Shown piece by piece: positions 52,104 to 61,500 of a DNA stretch of 64,000 bases. Source of the stretch: an uncultured Clostridia bacterium. GTDB lineage: Bacteria; Bacillota; Clostridia; Christensenellales; CAG-138. The stretch lies in contig CALVWJ010000002.1 in assembly GCA_944366945.1 (NCBI GenBank), positions 111,379 through 175,378 of the forward strand, given 5' to 3'. How positions within the stretch are numbered: position 1 is the first letter of the stretch; every line of letters begins with the position of its first letter. The position numbers and the translations under genes were made by a program. The notes below the pieces were generated by a model, which worked only from the letters and a program-made list of their open reading frames with translations, ran no database searches and was not told the DNA's origin.

Positions 52104-54484
52104 ACCTGCAAACCCTGCTGCAAAAGCAGCTGCTTTTTCTCGATGGCGCAATGGGCACCATGCTCCAGAGCGCGGGCCTTCCGGCGGGTGAAGCGCCGGA
52201 TGTTTGGAACTTGACCCACCCGGAGGAAGTGGAAGCCGTGCATGCGGCCTACCTTGCTGCGGGGAGCGACATTCTTACAACCAATACCTTCGGCTGCACG
52301 GCGCACAAGCTTGCGCCCACGGGCTATTGCGCCGCAGAAGTCGCGGCGGCGGCAGTGCGCAACGCAAAGGCAGCCATCGCAAAGGCGGGCGGGAAACAGC
52401 GTTTTGTGGCGTTTGATGTAGGGCCCACGGGCAAGCTTCTCAAGCCGCTCGGCGATCTCGCTTTTGAGGACGCCTATCGCATGTTCCGCGAGGCCATCGA
52501 AGCCGGCGCAGCAGCCGGGGCGGATCTGGTGCTGATCGAAACCATGTCCGACGCCTATGAGCTCAAGGCCGCCGTACTCGCCGCAAAGGAGGGCGCTTCG
52601 CTCCCCGTTTGTGCAACGGTAACGCTGGACCGGCGCGGCAAGCTTCTAACCGGCGGCGATGTTGCAAGCGTTGTTGCGCTTCTCGAAGGGTTGCGCGTGG
52701 ATGCACTTGGCCTCAATTGCGGCCTTGGGCCACGCGAAATGCTCCCCTTCCTGCAGCAGATGCGCGCGCTCTCAAGCCTGCCCATCCTGCTCCAGCCCAA
52801 CGCAGGGCTTCCGCGGGAAGTCGAAGGCAAAACCGTGTTTGACGTTGGGCCGGAAGAATTTGCCGCGCTGATGGAAGCGTGCGTGCAAGGCGGCGCAGGC
52901 CTCGTGGGTGGCTGCTGCGGCACTACGCCGGAGCACATCCGCGCGCTCGTTGCCCGCTGTGCGGGCCTCACACCCCCGGTGGTAGAAGAAAAACACCGCA
53001 CGGTGGCCTGTTCCTATGCGCGTACCGTCTGCTTCGGGCAGGGAAAGCCGGTGCTCATCGGCGAGCGCATCAACCCAACGGGCAAACCGCGCATGAAGCA
53101 GGCCTTGCGGGATGGGGATTTTGATTTGATTTTGCGCGAAGGCATCCTGCAGCAGGAGCAAGGCGTGGATGCGCTTGATGTAAACGCTGGCTTGCCGGAA
53201 TTGGACGAGCCCGCCGTGCTCACCTCGCTTACAGAGCAACTGCAAGCCGTAACCGATCTTCCGCTTCAGCTTGATTCGGCGGATCCGGAAGCGCTTGCCC
53301 GCGCACTGCGCGTTTACAATGGAAAACCGATTATCAACTCGGTTAGCGGCAAAGAGAGCAGCATGGAAGCCGTATTCCCGCTTGCAGCGCGCTATGGCGG
53401 CGTAATCGTTGCGCTCACGCTGGATGAAAGCGGCATCCCGGAGGATGTTGAAGGCCGCATCGCCATTGCCCGGCGCATCCTTGCGCGCGGTGCTGCTTAT
53501 GGCCTCAAGCCGCACGATTTTCTTTTCGACCCGCTCACGCTCACCATCAGCTCGGGCAATGAGAACGCGCGCATCACGCTCGCTTGCGTGCGCCGCCTGC
53601 ACGAAGAGCTTGGCGTGTGCACCTCGCTTGGCGTTTCCAACGTTTCCTTCGGCCTGCCCGCGCGCAGCTATCTCAACGCGAACTTCTTTGCGCTCGCTCT
53701 GGGCGCAGGGCTTTCCGCAGCGATTTTAAACCCGCATGCCCCCGGCATGATGGAAGCTGCACGCGCGTGCACAGCGCTGCTTGGCGGGGATGCAAACTGT
53801 GCCGCTTACATTGCCGCCTATGGCGGTGCACCGGCTACACCCGCGCAGCCGGCCGCGCAGGCGGAAGCCATGTCCCTGCATGACGCAGTGCTGCGGGGCC
53901 TGCGTCAGCCTGCACTGGAAGCAGCAAAGCGTGAGCTCGCGCAAAAAGACCCGCTTGCAGTCATCGAAAGCGGCCTAATCCCCGCACTCAACGAGGCGGG
54001 TGAACGCTTTGAGGCAGGAACGCTCTTCCTTCCCCAGCTTTTGATGTGCGCAGAAGCGGCAAAGGCTGCTTTTTCGGCCATCCGTGCGCAGATGGGCGAT
54101 GCAGCCGGCGCCACGCGCGGGACCGTGGTGGTTGCAACGGTGCAGGGCGATGTGCACGACATCGGGAAAAACATCGTAAAAGCGCTGCTGGAAAACTACC
54201 AGTTCCGCGTAATCGATCTTGGCAAAGATGTCCCGCCGGAGGCCATCGTGGAAGCTGCGGCTGCGCATCAAGCGCGGCTTGTTGGCCTCTCTGCTCTCAT
54301 GACTACAACCGTACCCAGCATGAAGCGCACCATCCAGGCCCTTCGCGCGCAAGTTCCAGGATGCCTTGTAATGTGCGGCGGCGCCGTGCTCACGGAAGAA
54401 TATACCCGCGATATCGGCGCAGATTTCTATGTGCGCGATGCGATGGAATCCGTGCGCCGCGCGCGCGAAGTGTATCCAGAATAA
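52100..54484 (+). CDS. metH: Cobalamin-dependent methionine synthase (Hcy, pterin and B12 domains)
   Basis: DGAMGT, GLNC, GGCCGT, IGERINPTGK, GDVHDIGKNIV, SALMTTT. Confidence 0.93.
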   Translation: MNLQTLLQKQLLFLDGAMGTMLQSAGLPAGEAPDVWNLTHPEEVEAVHAAYLAAGSDILTTNTFGCTAHKLAPTGYCAAEVAAAAVRNAKAAIAKAGGKQRFVAFDVGPTGKLLKPLGDLAFEDAYRMFREAIEAGAAAGADLVLIETMSDAYELKAAVLAAKEGASLPVCATVTLDRRGKLLTGGDVASVVALLEGLRVDALGLNCGLGPREMLPFLQQMRALSSLPILLQPNAGLPREVEGKTVFDVGPEEFAALMEACVQGGAGLVGGCCGTTPEHIRALVARCAGLTPPVVEEKHRTVACSYARTVCFGQGKPVLIGERINPTGKPRMKQALRDGDFDLILREGILQQEQGVDALDVNAGLPELDEPAVLTSLTEQLQAVTDLPLQLDSADPEALARALRVYNGKPIINSVSGKESSMEAVFPLAARYGGVIVALTLDESGIPEDVEGRIAIARRILARGAAYGLKPHDFLFDPLTLTISSGNENARITLACVRRLHEELGVCTSLGVSNVSFGLPARSYLNANFFALALGAGLSAAILNPHAPGMMEAARACTALLGGDANCAAYIAAYGGAPATPAQPAAQAEAMSLHDAVLRGLRQPALEAAKRELAQKDPLAVIESGLIPALNEAGERFEAGTLFLPQLLMCAEAAKAAFSAIRAQMGDAAGATRGTVVVATVQGDVHDIGKNIVKALLENYQFRVIDLGKDVPPEAIVEAAAAHQARLVGLSALMTTTVPSMKRTIQALRAQVPGCLVMCGGAVLTEEYTRDIGADFYVRDAMESVRRAREVYPE

Positions 54485-54496
54485 ACGGGCATTGCT

Positions 54497-54531
54497 GCAA
54501 GCGCCTGCCTCTTGATGCGGCAGGCGCTTGC
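54497..54531 (+). terminator. Hairpin after metH
   Basis: GCAAGCGCCTGCC/GGCAGGCGCTTGC; weak T tract. Confidence 0.5.
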
Positions 54532-54727
54532 GCTTGGAAAGAATGTAGAACAGGCCATATTCCTTTCGGCATGCATCCAAAATCGGCAGCATAGCTTTCT
54601 ATAACGCACAAAATGCCACCGAAAAGCATGGGCCTGCAGCGGCGCCGGTTTGATTTTTTGCTTGCAAAAACATGCCATTGCATGTATGCTTTTAGGTATC
54701 GTTTTGTTTCAACCACGAAAGGAATGC

Positions 54728-55288
54728 ATGATCATGCCGAACGAACAAAAAACAAGCAGCAAAAAAAGAATCTGGCTCATCCCCGTATGCATCCTGGCCG
54801 CAGTAGCGCTCATTGCAGCGATCGTATTGGCTGCAAAAGCCGAACGCAAGGCAGTGCTTACAAAAACGCTTACAACATTCTATGATGCGCTCTATATCGA
54901 AAGCGACCTCGATGCGATGAAGGCCTGCATAGCCGAAGACGCGCGCGAGGATTTTGAATCCGTTATGTCCATGGGAGGCATCACGCCAGGCTATTATCGG
55001 AATTATGTGCAGGATGCACTCCTTGAAATCGGCACGGAGTTTACCATTGGTGTGCGCATTACAAGCCTTTCTGAATATGGCACATCGGATATCGCAAAGA
55101 TCCAGCAGACTTTCCCCGACACGGAAAAGGCTGTGCGCGCCGAATATGAGATCATCTTTACCGACACAAATGGCGAAGACCATGTTTATACCAATTCCAT
55201 GATTTTCGTCATGGTGGATAATCACTGGTATATGAGCACGCACCTTGCGCTCCCGATCGGCGCAAACATGTCCATCAGCAACAGCTAA
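54728..55288 (+). CDS. Membrane-anchored hypothetical protein (NTF2-like extracellular domain possible)
   Basis: AAAGGA RBS, N-terminal TM, ends FVMVDNHWYM. Confidence 0.7.
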   Translation: MIMPNEQKTSSKKRIWLIPVCILAAVALIAAIVLAAKAERKAVLTKTLTTFYDALYIESDLDAMKACIAEDAREDFESVMSMGGITPGYYRNYVQDALLEIGTEFTIGVRITSLSEYGTSDIAKIQQTFPDTEKAVRAEYEIIFTDTNGEDHVYTNSMIFVMVDNHWYMSTHLALPIGANMSISNS

Positions 55289-55302
55289 ACGATTTTTTCT
55301 TG

Positions 55303-55327
55303 AAAGCGGCCTGCAGGGGCCGCTTTT
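55303..55327 (+). terminator. Intrinsic terminator
   Basis: AAAGCGGCC-TGCAGG-GGCCGCTTTT. Confidence 0.6.
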
Positions 55328-55703
55328 AAATTGCAAAAAGCTGGCTGCGCGCTTTCCAGATTGCTTCCACGCCCTTGCCCCTGCGGCGCGACCAGAAACG
55401 ATGTAGGGAGAACTTTGATGCAAGCCTTCTGCGGTTCTTCTGCGCATCTTCCAGGGAGCATGTTCTTGCCCTTTTGTAGTAATTTAGCCTAAGCACCAAA
55501 TCGGATGCAAACTTCGGGGCCATTCCCCTTTGGGCAAGCTGGAGGCGGTTCGCATACGCTGCCCTTCTATTCAAATTACGAATAGATACATAAGCACCTC
55601 ATATATTCACTTATGGGGAAAGCATGGTATCATACAGGTGGAATCGCGTGCCTCATTGCACGAGGGCGATTCCTTTGAATCGAATTGATGGAGGAATTCA
55701 GCT

Positions 55704-56978
55704 ATGGCAAATTGCGCGATCGTAGGCGTAAACTGGGGCGATGAAGGCAAAGGCCGCATGGTAGACCTCATTGCCGAAGATTATGATGTTGTCATCCGCT
55801 ACCAGGGCGGCAACAATGCAGGGCATACCGTAATCAATGAATATGGGAAATTCGCGCTGCATCTCATCCCTTCGGGCATCTTCCGCCCTGGCGTAGTCAA
55901 CGTGCTCGGCAACGGCACGGTGATCGATCTCGAAGCGCTTTTTGGCGAGATGGAAACGCTGCGCAAAGCAGGGGTTTCCGTTACGCCCGAAAACTTCAAG
56001 ATCAGCGATCGTGCAACCATCGTATTCCCTTATCATAAGCTGCTGGATGAGCTGGAAGAAGCCCGCCTTAAGGATGCAAAATACGGTTCCACAAAGCGCG
56101 GCATTGCCCCGGTCTACAGCGATAAGTATCAAAAGAAGAGCCTCATGATGGGAGAGCTTCTCTATCCAGAATACCTGGAACGCCATCTTTCCGGCGTGCT
56201 TGCATGGAAAAACCTCACCATTGAAAACGTGTATGGCGCAAAGGGCTTCGCGCTTGCGGATCTTCTTGCCTGGACCGAAGAGTTCGGCAGCAAGCTCAAG
56301 CCTTACGTTTGCGACGTAGGTGCCTTCCTCGCGGATGCACAAGCTTCCGGCAAAAACATCCTGTTTGAGGCGCAGCTTGGCGCGCTAAGGGATATCGATT
56401 ATGGCATTTACCCCTATACCTCATCTTCTACGCCGCTTGCGGCCTACGCACCCATCGGCTGTGGGCTGCCAAGCCTTAAGGTAGACACCGTGCTCGGCAT
56501 CGTGAAGGCGTATTCCACCTGCGTGGGCGAAGGGCCGTTCACTGCGGAATGGTTTGGCGAAGAAGCGGAGCGTCTGCGCGAGGCTGGCGGCGAATACGGT
56601 GCTGCAACGGGGCGTCCGCGCCGCGTTGGCCCGTTTGATGTAGTCGCTACGCGCTATGGCGTGCGCGTGCAGGGCGCAACGCAGATCGCCCTCACCAAGC
56701 TCGATGTGCTTTCTTACATGGAAAAAATCCCGGTTTGCACCCAGTATGAGATTGGCGGCAAGCGAGTGGACGAATTCCCCTTCCCCGCCGCGCTCGCCGA
56801 GGCAAAACCCGTGATGGAATATCTGCCCGGTTGGGGCTGCGATATCAGCAATGCGCGCAAGTTCGGCGACCTGCCTGCGGCTGCGCGCGATTATGTGCGC
56901 TATGTTGAAGATACGCTGCGCACGCCTATCCCTTATGTTTCCGTGGGCGCGGCCCGGGATGCAATCATCCTGCGCTAA
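55704..56978 (+). CDS. purA: Adenylosuccinate synthetase
   Basis: WGDEGKG, GGNNAGHT, TKRGI, GEYGAATGRPRR, TKLDVL. Confidence 0.97.
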   Translation: MANCAIVGVNWGDEGKGRMVDLIAEDYDVVIRYQGGNNAGHTVINEYGKFALHLIPSGIFRPGVVNVLGNGTVIDLEALFGEMETLRKAGVSVTPENFKISDRATIVFPYHKLLDELEEARLKDAKYGSTKRGIAPVYSDKYQKKSLMMGELLYPEYLERHLSGVLAWKNLTIENVYGAKGFALADLLAWTEEFGSKLKPYVCDVGAFLADAQASGKNILFEAQLGALRDIDYGIYPYTSSSTPLAAYAPIGCGLPSLKVDTVLGIVKAYSTCVGEGPFTAEWFGEEAERLREAGGEYGAATGRPRRVGPFDVVATRYGVRVQGATQIALTKLDVLSYMEKIPVCTQYEIGGKRVDEFPFPAALAEAKPVMEYLPGWGCDISNARKFGDLPAAARDYVRYVEDTLRTPIPYVSVGAARDAIILR

Positions 56979-56990
56979 AGGGAGGTTCCC

Positions 56991-58406
56991 ATGAAAGATC
57001 GTTATGAAAGCCCGCTTTGTTCCCGCTATTCTTCGGAACGCATGCAGCGCCTGTTCTCTTCGGATACGCGCTTTTCCACCTGGCGCAGGCTCTGGGTGGA
57101 GCTCGCGGATGCGCAGCGCAAGCTTGGCCTTCCCATCACAGAGGCGCAGGTTGCAGAGCTGCGGGCGCATCTGACGGATATCGATTATGAAGCGGTTGCA
57201 GCGCGGGAAGCGGCTGTGCGCCATGATGTAATGGCACACATTTACGCGTATGGCCTCTGCTGCCCCAGCGCAAAGGGGATCATCCACCTGGGCGCCACCA
57301 GCTGCTACGTTACGGATAACGCCGACCTCGTGATTTACCGGGATGCGCTCAAGCTCATCCGCGCGGAAATCGTTACGGTCCTAAAAGATCTCGCTGCCTT
57401 TGCACAGCGGTATAAGGCGCTCCCTACCCCGGGCTATACGCATTACCAGAACGCGCAGCCCGTAACCGTGGGCAAGCGCGCCTGCCTCTGGATGCAGGAT
57501 CTCATGCTCGATCTTGAGGAGCTCGATGCCGTGCTCGGCGCCATGCGTTTTTTGGGTTGCCGTGGCACTACGGGCACAGAGGCAAGCTTTTTGGAGCTGT
57601 TTGAAGGGAATACTGCAAAGATCGACGAAATGAACCGCATCATAGCAAACGCGTTCGGCTTTGCACGCTGCTATCCCGTCTCCGGGCAGACCTATCCGCG
57701 CAAGCTGGATAGCCGCATCCTTTCTGCGCTTTCTTCCGTTGCGCAAAGCGCACACAAGTTTGCGAACGATATGCGCCTGCTCCAGCATGATCAGCAAGTG
57801 GAAGAACCGTTTGAAAAGGACCAGATCGGTTCTTCTGCCATGGCTTATAAGCGCAACCCCATGCGGTGCGAGCGCATCTGCTCGCTTGCGCGCTACGTGA
57901 TGGCAGATGCGCAAAACGCTGCCATGACAGCATCAACCCAGTGGTTCGAGCGCACGCTGGATGATTCTGCAAATCGCCGCATCGCGCTGCCGGAAGCGTT
58001 CCTTGCAGTAGACGCGGTGCTTCGGCTTTACCACAACGTTGCTTCCGGGCTCCATGTAAACGAAAAGGTTATCGAAGCCGCGATGGAGAATTTCCTGCCT
58101 TTCCTCGCAACGGAAAACCTGCTCATGGAAGGTGTAAAACGCGGCGGCGACCGCCAGGCGCTGCATGAAATCATTCGGACGCACTCGATGGCCGCCACGC
58201 GGCGGATGAAGGATGGCGGGCGCTGCGACCTGCTGGAACGCCTTGCGGAAGACCCGGCCTTCCCGCTCAATGGCGAAGAAATCCGCGCATTGCTCAACCC
58301 GGCTGCTTTCATTGGCCGCTGCCCAGAGCAGGTAACGGCGTTTCTTGCAGAATGCGCACCGCTGCTTTCGGGCGAAACCGCAGAAATGCAAAGCCTGCGC
58401 GTATAA
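56991..58406 (+). CDS. purB: Adenylosuccinate lyase
   Basis: RHDVMAH, HLGATS, GSSAMAYKRNP, ERTLDDSANRR. Confidence 0.97.
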   Translation: MKDRYESPLCSRYSSERMQRLFSSDTRFSTWRRLWVELADAQRKLGLPITEAQVAELRAHLTDIDYEAVAAREAAVRHDVMAHIYAYGLCCPSAKGIIHLGATSCYVTDNADLVIYRDALKLIRAEIVTVLKDLAAFAQRYKALPTPGYTHYQNAQPVTVGKRACLWMQDLMLDLEELDAVLGAMRFLGCRGTTGTEASFLELFEGNTAKIDEMNRIIANAFGFARCYPVSGQTYPRKLDSRILSALSSVAQSAHKFANDMRLLQHDQQVEEPFEKDQIGSSAMAYKRNPMRCERICSLARYVMADAQNAAMTASTQWFERTLDDSANRRIALPEAFLAVDAVLRLYHNVASGLHVNEKVIEAAMENFLPFLATENLLMEGVKRGGDRQALHEIIRTHSMAATRRMKDGGRCDLLERLAEDPAFPLNGEEIRALLNPAAFIGRCPEQVTAFLAECAPLLSGETAEMQSLRV

Positions 58407-58424
58407 ACAGCGCTTGCCTTTTCC

Positions 58425-58466
58425 CGGCTTTGCCGCCAGGTCGCGGCAAAGCCGTTTTCGTTTTTT
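58425..58466 (+). terminator. Terminator after purB
   Basis: CGGCTTTGCCGC/GCGGCAAAGCCG followed by T runs. Confidence 0.8.
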
Positions 58467-58539
58467 GTTTTATATGGGCAATCCCGTTTGCACTGCTCTC
58501 ATATCTTGCATATCCGCCCTTTTTTAAATGGCCTGTTTT

Positions 58540-58548
58540 TGGTATAAT
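58540..58548 (+). promoter_or_regulatory. Extended -10 promoter for the giant gene
   Basis: TGgTATAAT about 40 nt upstream of the ATG. Confidence 0.55.
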
Positions 58549-58585
58549 GTGTTTAATGATACTTTTCTAACGCTGGGGGATTGGC

Positions 58586-61500
58586 ATGAACGATTTGCAG
58601 GGATATTATAAGCCGCTTTTCGACACGCTTTATGGGCGCTATGCTGCGCACGCAGGACTTTCCCGGCGTACGCTCCGGGAGGCTCTTGGCGCTGCATCCT
58701 TCCCTTCCGCGCTCTATCATCGCGATCCAAATGCGCGCGCTGGGGCGGAAGAGGTGCTCGCACTTTGCAAGCCCGTGATGGATGCGTTTGCGCCTGCACC
58801 GGTGGGAGGCTGGTTGCCCTATATCTATGCGTTCCTTGCGGATAAGCTGTTCCCGGATGCGGATTTTACTCCCCCAGTGCAGCCGGCCAAGCAGGCGATC
58901 GAATTCTTCCTTACGGTGTTTTCCTGGCTGCTTGCGCGAGAGCAGGCGCATTGCCCATTTGATCCTCTAACGGATATCCTTCAGCTTTCCCAGCAAGAAC
59001 AGGCTGAAAGTGCTATTGCGCCGGAATATGCCACGTTTTGCGGCGCGGTGCGTGAATCCTGCTTTCCCGCGCTCATGCGCATCGGGCGCGACATCATGCC
59101 GTTTGATCCGGCTTCCCACACCATTGGCGTGCACAATGTGGCGGTCCACATGGCGCGTTTGGCGGCAAAAGCGGGGCTTCCCGTCGACCTTGCGCTTGTA
59201 AGCGCGGCTTCGCTCAGCCACGATATCGGCAAATTCGGCTGCCGTGGCAAGGATGCGCGGCGCGTTCCTTATCTGCACTATTATTATACTTGGGATTGGC
59301 TTACGCGTGGCGGCATGCCGGCCATCGCCCATATCGCCGCCAACCATTCTACCTGGGATCTTGAATTTGAAAACCTTCAGCTGGAATCGCTGCTCTTAAT
59401 TTACGCGGATTTCCGCGTGCGCGGCATGCGCGATAAAACCGGAAAAGAGCGCGTTGCAATCTATTCCCTTGCGGAAGCCTATGACGTGATCTTCGGCAAG
59501 CTTGCCGATATGACGGAGGAAAAAAGCCGGCGATATCGCACGGTATACGCAAAGCTGCGCGATTTTGAGCGTTTCCTTGAAAGCTGCGGTATCTCTTCGG
59601 ACATTTCAGAAGAAGCGCTCCTAATTCCGCCTCGTGTGGATCCTGCGCTCCTTACACCGAAAGAAAACGCCGCTTCCATCACAAACCTCACGTTCCGGAA
59701 CAATGTCCTTCTTATGCAGATGCTCGGCGGGAGCGCTTCCTTTGCGGAGCTGCTTGAGCAGGCGCGCAGCGAAAAAAACCTGCACCGTATTCGCACCTAT
59801 TTGCAGCTTTTTGAAGAATACAGCACCTATATGACGCGGGAGCATAAGCTTCACCTGCTCGCTTTCCTATATGAACTGCTCATGCACCGCGAAGGCGATG
59901 TGCGGCGCAATGCGGGGCGCATTTTAGGCCAGGTCCTCGCTAACAGTGGCCCACGTTACCGCAAAGAACTGCCAGAAGGCGCGCCATCCACCGCTATGGC
60001 GCCTGCCATGATGGCACTGCTGCAGGAATCCACTGGCCTCTGGGAACATTACGTTGAGCTTTGCCTGCACCCGGATCATAAGATCTCGCTTAAACACGCC
60101 CAGCGCATTTCCAATTCGCTTAAAACGGTTGCAGAGAGCCTTTTCCGCTGCGTAGACCCTTCGGAAGCGCGGCACTATCTGCTGCCGATTTACCGTTTGG
60201 CTCTCTCCGCTGAAGGCAACGACCGTTTCGTTTTGGTAGACACGCTCTCCCACATTCCATTTTCCCTGTTTGAAGAAAGCGAGCTTGTTTCCCTGCTCTC
60301 AGTATTGCAAGGTGCCCTCGCTGCGTCAGAAGCGCGGCTGCAAATCGGCGCGTTACGCTGCCTTCTCAAGTATTCTGCCTTCCCTGCACTACGCACGCAA
60401 GCGGCGGAGGCCCTCTCTGCGCTGCCGGATGCGCCGGAAGCCGCAGTCGCATATCTTTGCGGGCATGTGCGGGCCGTGCTCTGCTCCGGTGCGCCAGAAC
60501 CCCCCGCATTGGATATTTCCGAACTTTATCTCAGCAATCTTAAAAACGCTGTGCACTGGACCGTTAAGCTTGTGCAGATTGATGCGCTTTCGGCGCATGC
60601 TGCGGCGAGCCGTGCGGATGCTTTCCACATCGCCATGCACCTCTCCAATCTGCTTTGCGTGAGCGAGCATTTGCCCGTCCGCGAGCATGCGGGCAAATGC
60701 CTTGTGCACATTGCAAAATACCTCTCCGTAGATCAATGCAACGAAATTGTGATTGACTTGCTCCGCGAGCTGGAAACCGGCCAGAGCGAGGTTGCGCGTT
60801 TTATCTCCCCCTGCGTCGGGCGCTTGATCTGCCGCCTTCCTCAAAAGGAATTCGATGAATGCATCGATATGCTGGAAACGCTTTTGCGCAGCGCAAACGA
60901 ACAGGCATCCTGCGCCGCCATCCGCACCTTCAGCGTCATTCTTTATACCGTTGCCATCGATGCCGGAAACGCTTTTGACCCCAAGGATGCAGAGCGCATC
61001 CTCGGCCTGCTTCTTACCGGCGTTGCGCATTATGACGAAACCATCCATTCCACAGCGCTTGGCGTTTTATGCCGCGATTTCTTTTATAACCACTATGTGC
61101 CGCTTGCTGCACGGCGCGCCTGTTTTCCAGGCGTAGTAAAAAAGCTGCGCACGCTTCTGGCCGAGCCACGGCAAGGGCGGCTCGTTTTTTACAATCAAGC
61201 CGCAATGCTGAACCACCTTTACCGCTTTATGACCGAATGCGAAATCACCTTCGGCCCATTTGAATACCCTGCGTTGCGCCCGGTTGCGTTTTTCCCGGGC
61301 ACCTTTGACCCCTTCTCTTCTGGGCATAAGCGCATTGTGCGCGAGATCCGCGCGCGCGGATTTGAGGTATATCTTGCAGTAGATGAGTTTTCCTGGAGCA
61401 AGCGCACGCTCCCCCGGCTGCTCCGCAGGCAGATCGTAAGTATGTCCGTGGCAGATTATGCCGACGTTTTTCTTTTCCCGGATGACATACCCGTGAACAT

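Noticed and set aside
51456-54484. Split methionine synthase as a novelty
   Set aside because: A separate activation domain is well known in Thermotoga and Clostridia
55573-55610. Paired PurR boxes upstream of purA
   Set aside because: Only one partial ACGAA half-site is convincing and the spacing is off
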